The notes: a model not told the origin generated them from the sequence alone. A stretch of 64,000 bases of DNA from an uncultured Chloroflexia bacterium (GCA_963833225.1 CAWHXD010000007.1:96001-160000); one strand, 5' to 3'. Shown: positions 23,235 to 33,911, counted from the first letter of the stretch. Program-made: numbers and translations.

Positions 23235-24425
23235 ATGCAGCTTGCGTCGCGCATGTCGTCCATCGGAACCGAGACCGCGTTCGAGGCTGCCGCCCGCGCC
23301 CGCGCGTTGGAGGCCACCGGTCGCAGCATCGTCCATCTCGAGATCGGCGAGCCTGACTTCGACACGCCCGCCAATATCCGCGCCGCGGCGAAGGATGCGC
23401 TCGATGCGGGCAAGACCCACTACCCGCCGTACCCGGGGATCCCGGAGCTGCGTGAGGCCATCGCCGCCGACTCCGCGCTCCGTCGCGGGTTCGCGCCGGA
23501 CGCGGCCGACGTGTTCGTGACAGTCGGCGGCAAGGGCGTCATGTACTACGTGATCCTGGCCCTCGTGAACCCGGGCGACGAGGTCATCGTGCCGGACCCC
23601 GGCTACCCGATCTACGAGTCCGTGACGCGGTTCGTGGGCGGCGTGCCCGTCCCGATCGCCATTCGCCAGGAGAACGACTTTCGCCTGGACCCCGACGAGC
23701 TCGCCTCGCTGGTCACCGACCGCACCCGGCTGATCGTGATCAACTCGCCGGCCAACCCGACCGGTGGCGTCCTGACTGCCGAGGACTTGCGGCGGATCGC
23801 GGCCATCGCCATCGACCGTGACCTCGTGGTGCTCAGCGACGAGATCTACTCGCGGATCCTGTACGACGGTGCCGAGCACACCTCGATCGCCGCGCTGCCC
23901 GGGATGCGCGAGCGCACCATCGTCCTCGACGGGTTCTCCAAGACCTGGGCGATGACGGGCTGGCGCCTGGGCTACGGGATCGTGCCCGAGTGGCTGCACT
24001 TCGCCTTCGGGCGGCTGCTGATCAACTCGGTCTCGGGGGCCACCAGCTTCGCCCAATGGGGCGCGGTGGAGGCGATGGCCGGGCCCCAGGACGAGGTGGA
24101 GTCGATGGTCGAGGAGTTCCAGGCCCGCCGGGACCTCGTCGTTGACGGGCTCAACGCCATCCCCGGAATCCGGTGCCTGCGGCCGACCGGCGCGTTCTAC
24201 GTGTTCCCCGAGATCTCCGGCACCGGCCTGTCCGGCGCCGAGCTCGCGGACCGGCTGCTCAACGAGGCCGGCGTCTCCGTCCTTGCCGGTACCGCGTTCG
24301 GCGAGGTGGGCGTCAACCACATCCGGCTCTCGTACGCGACCTCCCGGGCCAACCTCGAGGAGGCGCTGCGTCGGATGCGGACCGTGATCGAGCCCCTCGC
24401 CGCGGCCGCCGCGGGCGCCCAGTGA
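23235..24425 (+). CDS. PLP-dependent aminotransferase class I/II (aspartate aminotransferase-like)
   Basis: IGEPDF, NSPANPTG, SDEIY, GFSKTWAMTGWRLG. Confidence 0.95.
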   Translation: MQLASRMSSIGTETAFEAAARARALEATGRSIVHLEIGEPDFDTPANIRAAAKDALDAGKTHYPPYPGIPELREAIAADSALRRGFAPDAADVFVTVGGKGVMYYVILALVNPGDEVIVPDPGYPIYESVTRFVGGVPVPIAIRQENDFRLDPDELASLVTDRTRLIVINSPANPTGGVLTAEDLRRIAAIAIDRDLVVLSDEIYSRILYDGAEHTSIAALPGMRERTIVLDGFSKTWAMTGWRLGYGIVPEWLHFAFGRLLINSVSGATSFAQWGAVEAMAGPQDEVESMVEEFQARRDLVVDGLNAIPGIRCLRPTGAFYVFPEISGTGLSGAELADRLLNEAGVSVLAGTAFGEVGVNHIRLSYATSRANLEEALRRMRTVIEPLAAAAAGAQ

Positions 24426-26788
24426 CCGGCCCGGCCCAGGGCGCCGCCGGCGCCTCGGAGGTCGACCGCCTGTTCGCCGCGGCGGAGGCGGACTTCGAGC
24501 GCTGGGAGGTCGTGCGCGACGTCGTGGACGAGTGCCTCGACCTGATGCTCAACGACCGGCAGAGCGGGCACCCAGGCGGCTCCCGCTCGAAGATGCACCT
24601 GCTCCTCGCGCTCTTCCTCTCGGGGGCGATGCGCTGGGACATCCGCCGGCCGTGGCTGCGCTTCGCGGACCGCTTCGTCCTGTCCGCGGGCCACACGGTC
24701 CCCGCGGTGTACGCGATCCTGGCCGTCCTCAACGAGTCGCTCCGCGTCCGGCTCGAGCTCGACGGCGACGAGCGGTTCGCGTTCCCCGATGACGGCAAGT
24801 GGGCGCTGACGTCCGAGTGGCTGCTCAGGCTCCGGCGCCGCGACGGGCTCCCCGGCCACGCGGAGATGGCCGGCCGCACCCTGTTGTTCAAGGCCAACAC
24901 GGGACCGTCGGGTCACGGCATGCCCGTGGCCGCGGGCGAGGCGCTGGCGCTCCGGATGGCGGGCGCGTCCGAGGTCAAGGTGTTCGTCGTCGAGGGCGAG
25001 GGGGGCCTGACGCCAGGGGCCACCCACGAGACGAAGAACACAGCCTGGGGCCTGGGGCTCTCCAACCTGGTCTTTCTCGTGGACTGGAACGACTTCGGGA
25101 TCGATGGCCGGCCGGCCTCGTCGGTCATCCCGGGAACGCCCGAGGACTGGTTCGCTCCGTATGGGTGGCGCGTGACCGGCACCGATGACGGCATGGCCTG
25201 GGGCCCGGTGACCCGCTCCATTCTCGAGGCCTCCCGCGGCGACAACCCCGAGGGCGTCCCGTCGATCGCGTGGTTCCGGACCCGCAAGGGGCGCGGCTAC
25301 GGCAAGCATGACGCCGCGAGCCACGGCACGCCCTGGCCACGGCACGCCCCGGAGTTCTGGGCCGTGCGGCGCGAATTCATGGCCCGCCACGGCGTGACCT
25401 ACGAGGGCGTGGACCAGCCCGCGCCCGCGGACGATGCGGAGCGCACCGCCCAGGCAGCCCGCAACCTCGACGTCGCGCTGTCGGTGCTCCGGCGCGACCC
25501 GGCGCTGGTGCGCTGGCTGTCCGACCGCCTGCTCGCGATTGCCGCCACCGTGCCCGAGGACTTGCCGGCGTTCCGGCTGGGCGGCCGGTCCGCCGCCGTG
25601 TTCTCGGACGAGCGCCTGTTCGATCCCGCCGCCTACCCGGAGTCCCTCTGGAAGCAGCCCGGCGACACGGCGCCCAACCGTGCCGGTCTCGGTGCCTGGG
25701 CCGGCTGCGTCAACGCCACCGCGCTCCGCGACCATGGCCGGCCGCTGTTCGTGGCCGCGTCCGCGGATCTCGCCGAATCCACGAACCTCGCCGGGTTCGG
25801 GCACGGCTTCGGCGGTGAGACCGGCGGCGGCTGGTACGAGCGCGATGCCAACCCGACGGGCCCGCTGCTGCCCACCGAGATCACGGAGTTCACGAACGCC
25901 GGCCTGCTCGCCGGGCTCGCCTCGGTCAACCTCGCGCCCGACCCGCTCGCCGAGTTCGACGGCTACTGGGGCGCGATGAGCACCTACGGCTCGTTCAGCT
26001 ACCTCAAGTACGGTCCGCTCCGCCTGTTCAGCCAGCTGGCCCAGGACACCGAGCTGCAGATCGGCCGCCTGCTCTACGTCGCCGGTCATTCCGGCCCCGA
26101 GACGGCAGAGGACAGCCGGACCCACTTCGGGGTGTTCGCACCTGGCGTCATGCAGCTGTTCCCCCGGGGGCACGTCGTGGAGCTCCACCCCTGGGAGTAC
26201 AACGAGGTCCCGGTGCTGCTCGCCGCCGCGTTCCGGACGGGTCTCCCGATCGTGGTCGTCCACCTCACGCGACCGCCGATCGCGATCCCGGACCGCGCCG
26301 CCCTCGGGATGCCATCCCACCTGGAGGCGGCGCGCGGCGCGTACGTGCTTCGCGAGTACCGCGACGGGGCCCCGCGGGCCGGCACGGTGTTCGTGCGGGG
26401 CACGATGTCCACCCAGAACCTCGTGTCGCTGTTCCCGGAGCTCGACCGGCGGGGGCTCAACGTCCGCGTGGTGGCGGCCCAGAGCGAGGAGCTGTTCCGG
26501 CGCCAGGATTCCGCGTACCGCGCTTCGGTCGTGTCGGACGCTGACCGGCTCGACAGCATGGTCGTGACCAACGGCGCGGTGCGCCTGATGCGCGACTGGG
26601 CCTCGGGCCCGGTGGTGGAGGCGTACTCGCTGGGTGCCGACTGGGACGACCGGTGGCGGACGGGCGGCTCCCTCGACGAGGTCATCGAGGAGGCGCACCT
26701 GGATCCAGGCCACATCCTCGAGGCGGTGGAGCGGTTCGCGCGTGAGCGAGAGGGTCGCCGCGAGCGCCTGCGCGCGGCGATCGGCTAG
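24422..26788 (+). CDS. Divergent transketolase-family TPP enzyme (about 788 aa)
   Basis: SGHPGGS, DRFVLSAGH, LPGH, NTGPSGHG, TPP motif GEG..N, SADLAEST, HSGPETAEDSRTH; GTGA overlap with aminotransferase. Confidence 0.85.
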   Translation: MTGPAQGAAGASEVDRLFAAAEADFERWEVVRDVVDECLDLMLNDRQSGHPGGSRSKMHLLLALFLSGAMRWDIRRPWLRFADRFVLSAGHTVPAVYAILAVLNESLRVRLELDGDERFAFPDDGKWALTSEWLLRLRRRDGLPGHAEMAGRTLLFKANTGPSGHGMPVAAGEALALRMAGASEVKVFVVEGEGGLTPGATHETKNTAWGLGLSNLVFLVDWNDFGIDGRPASSVIPGTPEDWFAPYGWRVTGTDDGMAWGPVTRSILEASRGDNPEGVPSIAWFRTRKGRGYGKHDAASHGTPWPRHAPEFWAVRREFMARHGVTYEGVDQPAPADDAERTAQAARNLDVALSVLRRDPALVRWLSDRLLAIAATVPEDLPAFRLGGRSAAVFSDERLFDPAAYPESLWKQPGDTAPNRAGLGAWAGCVNATALRDHGRPLFVAASADLAESTNLAGFGHGFGGETGGGWYERDANPTGPLLPTEITEFTNAGLLAGLASVNLAPDPLAEFDGYWGAMSTYGSFSYLKYGPLRLFSQLAQDTELQIGRLLYVAGHSGPETAEDSRTHFGVFAPGVMQLFPRGHVVELHPWEYNEVPVLLAAAFRTGLPIVVVHLTRPPIAIPDRAALGMPSHLEAARGAYVLREYRDGAPRAGTVFVRGTMSTQNLVSLFPELDRRGLNVRVVAAQSEELFRRQDSAYRASVVSDADRLDSMVVTNGAVRLMRDWASGPVVEAYSLGADWDDRWRTGGSLDEVIEEAHLDPGHILEAVERFAREREGRRERLRAAIG

Positions 26789-28057
26789 CTAGCCCGTCGG
26801 CTCCGCCGGCCGTGGCGGCCGGGTCGTGTCGGGCCCGGCCCGCCGTGCGGCGCGCGCGACCGGCCACGCCCGGAGGGCGATCAGCGCCCCGATCGGGGTC
26901 GCCAGCGCCGCCGCGGCCAGCGGCCCGGAGACCGACCCGGTCAAGGCGACCAGCGGCAGCCCGGTCACCGCCACGAGCAGCGACCCGACCGCCGAGCTCG
27001 CGAACAGCAGGGCCGCCGCCGCGGCGTGTTCGGCGGGCTCCGCGGCCGACGTGATGGCACCCAGCGAGGGGATCACCAGCCAGGCGAAGCCGGCGCCGAA
27101 CAGGAGGCGCGCCGCGATCAGGAGCACGGGCGTGGGAGCGAGCGCGGACAGCACGCCCGCGATGCCAAGCAGGATCCCGCCGGCGAGGAACAGCCGCTGG
27201 CCGCCGGCGCGCCGCAGCAACCACGGCAGCACCAGGAACGAGGGCAGCTCGCCGAGCGTGCCAGCGGCGATCGCGAGCCCCACGTCCAGGCCTGAGCCGC
27301 CGACCTCTGCCACGCGGGGCCCCGTGAAGATGCCCGGGGCGTTGACCCCGGCCCACGCGATGGACATGCCGACCAGGAACCACCCGTGCCGTCCCACGCC
27401 GCCGCGGAGGCCCTCGATCAGCCCGGCCCCGGCGTTGACGGCCACGCCCGTGCCCCTGACCAGCTCGCTGCGAAGGCGGGCGGCGACCACCGCGGCCCCC
27501 AGGAGGCACAACGCGGCTCCCGCGAGGCCCGGGGCTGACCAGCCGGCGGCCGAGAACGTGATCGCCGCGCCGATCGCGATGACGATGGCCATGTAGGCGG
27601 CCGAGGAACCGATCCGCAGGCGCGCGTACCGCGACCGGCTGCCCCCCATCCGGGCCAGGACGAGCGAGTCTGTCAGCGGTACGAAGGCCGAGCCGACGAA
27701 GGACCAGGCGAGGTAGCCCGCGACCATCACGGGCAGCACCAGGGTCGCCTGCGCCAGGGCGATCGGCGCGCTCACGAGGAAGGCGGCGGCCAGGACACGC
27801 CGCCGCCCGTGCCGGTCGCCGAGGCGGCCCCAGGCCGGGGCGCCGACCAGCATCGCGATCGCCGCGCCGGCGGCGACGGGTCCGATGAATGCCGGCGCGA
27901 GCCCGGCCTGGACCAGGAGGATCGTGGCGAACGGCGCCACGGCGCCGTTGACGGACCCGCGGACGATCATCAGCACGAGCGCCCGGAGCACCAGGATCCC
28001 GTCCAGATGCGCCGCCCCGGGAGCGTCCGCCGGCTGGCCGGGGTCGATGCTCGTCAT
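26789..28057 (-). CDS. MFS transporter (MFS_1_like/PPP family)
   Basis: PAWGRLGDRHGRRR, PLTDSLVL, YARLRIGSS, GELP; multiple TM segments. Confidence 0.85.
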   Translation of the reverse strand: MTSIDPGQPADAPGAAHLDGILVLRALVLMIVRGSVNGAVAPFATILLVQAGLAPAFIGPVAAGAAIAMLVGAPAWGRLGDRHGRRRVLAAAFLVSAPIALAQATLVLPVMVAGYLAWSFVGSAFVPLTDSLVLARMGGSRSRYARLRIGSSAAYMAIVIAIGAAITFSAAGWSAPGLAGAALCLLGAAVVAARLRSELVRGTGVAVNAGAGLIEGLRGGVGRHGWFLVGMSIAWAGVNAPGIFTGPRVAEVGGSGLDVGLAIAAGTLGELPSFLVLPWLLRRAGGQRLFLAGGILLGIAGVLSALAPTPVLLIAARLLFGAGFAWLVIPSLGAITSAAEPAEHAAAAALLFASSAVGSLLVAVTGLPLVALTGSVSGPLAAAALATPIGALIALRAWPVARAARRAGPDTTRPPRPAEPTG

Positions 28058-28153
28058 GCCCGCAACGATGCCTCACACGGCACTCCGCCGTCGAGCGCCG
28101 GGGACCGGATGTAGGCTCAGGACCGACGCCGCCTCCGAGGAGCCAAGCCAGCC

Positions 28154-28783
28154 ATGTCCGACCCTGCCGACACGCTGATCGCCGAGCTGTGCGAGGTGGG
28201 TCGTGACGCCGCTCGTCGCGGCCTTGTGCTTGCCTCGGCCGGGAACCTGTCGGCCCGCCTTCCCGGCGGCGATACCTTCGTGGTCACCGCGGCCGGGACC
28301 TGGTTCGACCGCCTGGCGCCCACCGACCTCTCCGTGCTCGCGATGGACGGAACGGTCCTCGGCGGCCATCCGTCGCCGTCGTCGGAGTGGAAGCTCCACG
28401 CCCGGACCTACGCCGTCCGGCCGGACGTCAACTGCGTCATCCACCTCCACCCGCAGGCCGCGGTGATCCTCGACGCGTGCGGCCACACGGTGCGCCTGAT
28501 CACCCTCGACCACGCGCACTACCTGCGCCGGGTCGTCGCCATCCCGTTCGCCCACAACGGGACCGATGAGCTCGCGGCAACGGCCGCGGAGGCCGCCCGC
28601 GACTGCGACGCGATCGTGATGTCGCACCACGGCTCGTCCACGCTGGGACCCACGATCGAGATGGCCTACCGCCGCGCGCTCAACCTCGAGGACGCGGCCC
28701 AGTCCACGTTCCGCTGCCTCTCGATCGGCGACGAGCGTGCCGCGTTCCCGGCTGGCGCCTGGGCGGGCCTCGGCCACGCCTGA
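28154..28783 (+). CDS. Class II aldolase/adducin family protein
   Basis: AGNLSAR, PSSEWKLH, VIHLHP, MSHHG. Confidence 0.9.
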   Translation: MSDPADTLIAELCEVGRDAARRGLVLASAGNLSARLPGGDTFVVTAAGTWFDRLAPTDLSVLAMDGTVLGGHPSPSSEWKLHARTYAVRPDVNCVIHLHPQAAVILDACGHTVRLITLDHAHYLRRVVAIPFAHNGTDELAATAAEAARDCDAIVMSHHGSSTLGPTIEMAYRRALNLEDAAQSTFRCLSIGDERAAFPAGAWAGLGHA

Positions 28784-28808
28784 CCCGGTCGGCACGGGAT
28801 CCGCCGGC

Positions 28809-29900
28809 GTGACCTGGGTCCGAAACGACCGCGACCCTTCGTGGTCGTGCCCGCCGGTGCCACGCGAGGCGCTGGCCTTCCATCAGGCGCTGAGCGGCTA
28901 CCAACCCACGCCGCTCGTGGACCTGCCACGGATCGCCGATGCGCTGGGAGTCGGCCGCGTGCTGGCCAAGAACGAGTCGGCCCGACTGGGGCTGCCGGCG
29001 TTCAAGGCGCTGGGCGCGTCATGGGCGATCCACCGGGCGCTGGCCGATCGAGCTGGGGCGGGCGAGGCCGCCCACGCCGCGTCCGGGCCCGTCACCTTCG
29101 TCACGGCCACCGATGGCAACCACGGCCGGGCGGTCGCCCGGATGGCGCGTCTCATGGGTCACCGGGCCCGGATCGTGATCCCCGACGGCGTCCCGTCGGT
29201 CGCGGTGGCGGCGATCGAGGCCGAGGGCGCGCCGGTCGAACGAGCGGCGGGTTCCTACGATGACGCGGTGAAGGCCGCCGCGCGCCTCGCGGAGGAAACC
29301 GGCGGCATCCTGCTCCAGGACACGGCCTGGCCCGGCTACGAGCGGGTTCCAGGCTGGATCGTGGAGGGCTACGCGACGCTGTTCGCGGAGGTGGATGCCC
29401 AGCTTGCCGACGCGGGTCTCGAGGCACCCGACCTCGTCGTCGTCCCGGCGGGCGTCGGATCCCTCGCGCAAGCGGCCACGATGCACTACCGAAGCCGACC
29501 GGATCCAGCGGCGACCGCGCTGGTCACCGTGGAACCCGAGGCGGCCGCCGGCGTTCTCGCGAGCCTCCAGGCGGGCACCCTGGTGACGGTTCCGACGCGG
29601 GCGACCACGATGGCCGGCCTCAACTGCGGGACCCCGTCGAGCCTCGCCTGGCCGGTGCTCCAGGCCGGAGTTGACGGGGCCGTGACCGTGTCCGACGCGG
29701 ACGCCGCCGCGGAGGCCGAGCCACTGCGCGCCGGCGGTGTGGACGCCGGGCCGTGCGGATGGGCCGCGCTCGCGGGCGCGCGCGCCGTGCTCACCGGCCC
29801 GGGTGCGACCGAACGCCGCGGGGAGCTGGGCGTCGGGCCGTCAGGCACGGTCCTCCTCGTCGTCACCGAGGGCATGGCAGCGAACCCGGGCGGCGCCTGA
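28809..29900 (+). CDS. Diaminopropionate ammonia-lyase family PLP enzyme
   Basis: YQPTPL, KNESARLGLPAFKALGA, ATDGNHGRAVA, QDTAWPGY, MAGLNCG. Confidence 0.85.
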   Translation: MTWVRNDRDPSWSCPPVPREALAFHQALSGYQPTPLVDLPRIADALGVGRVLAKNESARLGLPAFKALGASWAIHRALADRAGAGEAAHAASGPVTFVTATDGNHGRAVARMARLMGHRARIVIPDGVPSVAVAAIEAEGAPVERAAGSYDDAVKAAARLAEETGGILLQDTAWPGYERVPGWIVEGYATLFAEVDAQLADAGLEAPDLVVVPAGVGSLAQAATMHYRSRPDPAATALVTVEPEAAAGVLASLQAGTLVTVPTRATTMAGLNCGTPSSLAWPVLQAGVDGAVTVSDADAAAEAEPLRAGGVDAGPCGWAALAGARAVLTGPGATERRGELGVGPSGTVLLVVTEGMAANPGGA

Positions 29901-30102
29901 CCCGCATGGCCCCCCGGGTCCCGGTTTGATGCCAGCCGGGAGCCACCCTTTCGCGGGACCAATGGCCCCGGCCCGTGTTCGGGGGCCTCCGTAGACTCGA
30001 TGCTGCGGACACCGTCGGCGCCCGAGGGTGCCCGCTCGTCCTCTATCGAATACCGCTGGGCGGCCGTCGGCGACGGCGCTCATGCACTCGCGGCAGGTGA
30101 CC

Positions 30103-31995
30103 ATGCACTGCATCGTCCTGGTGAAGCAGGTTCCGGACGTCAGCAACATCCCCGAGGATGCCTGGGACCGGGAGAAGGGGACGCTGCGTCGCGCCCTTCT
30201 CGACTCGATCCTCAACCCACTGGACCTGCACGCCCTCTCGTTCGCGAGGCGGATCACCGCCGGCGACCCTGGCGCGAAGACGATCTACCTCACGATGGGT
30301 CCGCCCCAGGCGCGCGAGGTCCTCGCCGACTGCATCTCCCGGGCGCCCGGTGAGGCCGTCCTCCTGACCGACCGGGTGATGGGCGGCGCCGACACCGTGG
30401 CCACCGCCTACTCGCTCGCCCAGGCGGTGCGCCGCATCGAGCGCGAGCTGCTCGGCGGGTCCCGCGACTACCTCATCGTCACCGGCATGCAGTCGGTCGA
30501 CGGGGACACCGCGCAGGTGCCGCCGCAGCTGGCCGAGGACCTGGGTATCGACCAGGTCGCGTACGCGCAGGACGTTCACACTGAACCGCAGCTCACGTTC
30601 CGCCGCATCGGTGCCGAGGGCACCGAGGACGTCACGCCGCTCCGCTTCCCGGCGCTGGTCACGGTCACCGCCTGCACCGACACGCTGTACCGCGGCTTCC
30701 ACAGCGCTCGCGCCGCGAGGAATGCCGTGATCCACACCTGGAGCGCCGCCGACGTGGGCGCCGCCCCCGGGAAGGTGGGGATCAAGGGGTCGCGGACCAC
30801 CGTCTACCGGATCTTCTCGCCGTCGGAGGATCGGGCGAAGACCTGCGAGATGGTCAATGACCCGGCCGACCTCGTGCGCCGGCTCCAGGCCAAGTACCGC
30901 CTGGCCACCGGAGGCCCGGCGGTCCACGAGGAGGGCGCCTACGCGCTTGAAGGTCGCGAGCCCACCCACCACGGCGGGTTCTGGATCCTGGCCGAGCGCG
31001 AGGGTGACGGCATCAAGTCCGTGAGCCTCGAGCTGCTCGGCAAGGCCCACGAGCTGGCCGCGTTCCTCGGCGAGCGGGTGGCCGCGGTGCTGCCCGGCGC
31101 GGAGGCGGGCGATCTCCCGGCCGAGCTGATCGCGCATGGCGCCGACATCGTGTACGTCATCGAGGACCCGCAGCTGGCGACGTTCTCACCGCTGCCCTTC
31201 AAGGCGGCGATCGCGCCGCTGGTGCGTGAGCACCGGCCGCAGGCGATGCTGTTCGGGGCGACGCCGATGGGCCGCGAGCTGGCACCGCGGATCGCCTATG
31301 CGTGCGACTCCGGGCTGACCGCCGACTGCACCAAGCTGGAGATCGGCGACTACGCCAAGGGCGGCCAGGACCTGGTCGGGATCCTCAAGCAGACCCGGCC
31401 GGCGCTGGGCGGCAACATCATGGCCACGATCATGACCAAGGACTCGCCGACGCAGATGGCAACCGTCAGGCCGGGCGTGTTCAAGGTCCCGCCGCGCGAT
31501 GACACGCGGACCGGCGAGGTCGTCCGGATCACCCCCGAGATCGGCGACGCCGCCGACGGGGTGAAGATCACCCCGGTCGAGTCGTTCGTGTCCAAGGTCA
31601 GCATCCGGGACGCGAAGATCATCGTCGCGGGCGGCCACGGGATCCGCAACAAGGCGGACTTCGACAGCCTCCTGCAGCCGCTTGCCGATGGCTTCGAACA
31701 CCTCCTGGGTGACGGGGCCAAGGTCGCGGCCAGCCGGCACGCGGTCGAGGACGGCTTCACGACCCACGACTACCAGGTGGGCCAGACCGGACAGACCGTG
31801 GCGCCCAAGCTGTACGTGGCCGTGGGGATCTCGGGGGCCGTCCAGCACATCTCCGGGATGCAGATGTCGGACACGGTGGTGGCGATCAACAAGGATCCGC
31901 GGGCACGGATCTTCAACTACGCGGACTTCGGTGTCGTCGGCGACCTCGAGACGGTCGTGCCACAGCTGGTTCGTGCGGCACAGGAGGCCAACTGA
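30103..31995 (+). CDS. Fused electron transfer flavoprotein beta-alpha (FixA-FixB-like)
   Basis: Beta: CIVLVKQVPD, LTDRVMGGADTVAT, QSVDGDTAQV. Alpha: GLTADC, TRPALGGNIMA, QMATVRPG, QVGQTGQTVAPKLYVAVGISGAVQH. Single reading frame. Confidence 0.9.
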   Translation: MHCIVLVKQVPDVSNIPEDAWDREKGTLRRALLDSILNPLDLHALSFARRITAGDPGAKTIYLTMGPPQAREVLADCISRAPGEAVLLTDRVMGGADTVATAYSLAQAVRRIERELLGGSRDYLIVTGMQSVDGDTAQVPPQLAEDLGIDQVAYAQDVHTEPQLTFRRIGAEGTEDVTPLRFPALVTVTACTDTLYRGFHSARAARNAVIHTWSAADVGAAPGKVGIKGSRTTVYRIFSPSEDRAKTCEMVNDPADLVRRLQAKYRLATGGPAVHEEGAYALEGREPTHHGGFWILAEREGDGIKSVSLELLGKAHELAAFLGERVAAVLPGAEAGDLPAELIAHGADIVYVIEDPQLATFSPLPFKAAIAPLVREHRPQAMLFGATPMGRELAPRIAYACDSGLTADCTKLEIGDYAKGGQDLVGILKQTRPALGGNIMATIMTKDSPTQMATVRPGVFKVPPRDDTRTGEVVRITPEIGDAADGVKITPVESFVSKVSIRDAKIIVAGGHGIRNKADFDSLLQPLADGFEHLLGDGAKVAASRHAVEDGFTTHDYQVGQTGQTVAPKLYVAVGISGAVQHISGMQMSDTVVAINKDPRARIFNYADFGVVGDLETVVPQLVRAAQEAN

Positions 31996-33578
31996 TGGAC
32001 GGCATCGACATCCTCGTCGTGGGTGCCGGACCGGCGGGCCTTGCGGCGGCGCTGCGCGCCCGGCAGGCGGCGACGGCCGCCGGTCGTGAGGTCAGCGTCG
32101 CCGTCATCGACAAGGCGCCGGCCGCGGGCAACCACACGCTCTCGGGCGCGGCCTTCGAGCCGGCCTGCCTCGACGATCTCGTCCCCGGCTGGCGGGAGAT
32201 GCGCAACCCGTTCACCAGCAACCTGGTCCCCGTCGAGCAGGACGACATGTACTTCCTGCGAGCGAAGGCGGCGAACCGGATCCCGTCGTTCGTGGTGCCG
32301 TCGCGGATGCACCACGGGGGCGACTTCATCATCTCGATCTCGCGGCTCACCGCGTTCCTCGCCGAGCAGGCGGAGGCGGCGGGTGTCGAGGTCTATCACG
32401 GGTACAGCGCCCGCTCGCTGATCGTGGAGGACGGCGCGGTCCGGGGTGTCCGGCTGGCCGAGGTGGGTCTCGCGCACGATGGCTCGCCCAAGGGCAACCA
32501 TCTGCCCGCCGAGGAGATCCGCGCGCCGATCACGATCCTCGCTGACGGCACCCACGGCGTGCTCTCGACCGAGTTCGCGGACCGCTTCGGGCACGGGCCG
32601 AACCCGCAGGTGTTCTCGCTGGGGATGAAGGCGATCGTCCAGTTCCCGGAGGCCAGCCCGTTCGGCGCCAACCGGGTCATGCACACCCTGGGCTACCCGA
32701 TGCCGCCCAGCGTGTTCGGCGGCGGCTTCCTGTACGCGATGGGCGAGAAGACCGTCGCGGTCGGCCTGATCCTGGGCTCGACTGGAAGTACGGCGACCTC
32801 AACCCGCAGCGCGAGTTCGAGACGTTCCGGGCCCACCCGTTCATCAGCCGGCTGCTCGCGGGCGGCGTGACGGTCGCGACCGGCGCCAAGACGATCCCCG
32901 AGGGCGGCCTGTACGCGCAGGGTGCCCTTGCCGCCCCCGGCGCCATGGTCGCGGGCGACGGCGCGGGCTTCGTCAACATGGAGAAGATCAAGGGCATCCA
33001 CTACGCGATCCGGTCCGGCATGGCGGCGGCCGACACGGCCGCTCGACGCCCTCGGGCGCCGACGGCGCGGTGGGGTCGCTCGACGGCTACCGCGACCGGC
33101 TCGAGGCGACGCGGGATGCTCGGCGAGTTCCGGCATGCGCGGAACTACCGCCAGGTGTTCAAGTTCGGGCTGTTCGGGGGCACGCCGCTGTCGCTGGTCC
33201 AGTCGAAGATCCCGGCGCCGGATCGGCCTCCACCGGGACGGCCAGGCGACGAAGAAGGGCGCCCGGCTCAACCGGCCGGATCCCGGGCGCATGGACGGCG
33301 CGACGTTCGTCGCCCTGACCGGGACCCTCCATCGCGAGGACGAGCCGTCGCACATCGCGATCACGGACCCGGCCAAGTGCGTGTCGTGCGAGGCGGACTA
33401 CGCCAACGCGTGCACCCACTTCTGCCCGGGGCAGGTCTACCGCTGGAGCGGGTCGGAGATCGTGCTCTCGCCGTCCAACTGCCTCCACTGCATGACCTGC
33501 ACGGTGAAGTGCCCGGAGGACGTGATCTCCTGGATCCCGCCCGAGGGTGGCGAAGGACCGCGCTACAAGCAGCTCTGA
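31995..33578 (+). CDS. ETF:quinone oxidoreductase/FixC-FixX-like flavoprotein with C-terminal ferredoxin domain (several frameshifts)
   Basis: VVGAGPAGLAAA, GNHTLSGA, AKTIPEGG, GDGAGFVN..IKGIHYAIRSG, HREDEPSHI, CVSC..CTHFCP..NCLHCMTC..KCP. Confidence 0.85.
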
Positions 33579-33613
33579 GCGCGCCCGGGCCACCCCTCGG
33601 GGGAGCCCTCCGG

Positions 33614-33662
33614 GCACCGAGCTGCTCGGGCCGCGCACCGAGCTGCTCGGGCCGCGCACCGA
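33614..33662. repeat. 21-bp tandem repeat (2.3 copies) with internal palindrome
   Basis: gcaccgagctgctcgggccgc x2 plus gcaccga. Confidence 0.8.
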
Positions 33663-33911
33663 TCCGCCCGGCGGCCCAACCATCCGCCCGGACCGACGTT
33701 TGCCGCGCCCAGCGGCGCGTTCGTCCGGTGGGCGGGTGTCCTGTGGAACGTTCGGACCGTCCGGCGGCGCGTTCGTCCGCCGCACCGGACGGTTGACCCG
33801 CCCGGCGACACCGCAGGGTCTGGCCATCCGGGGAGGGTGAGACGGCCGCCCGTCGCTGGCGGGGACGTGCTCGAGGCATTCGCGCCCGAGTGACCAGCTG
33901 GGAGGCCGCGG

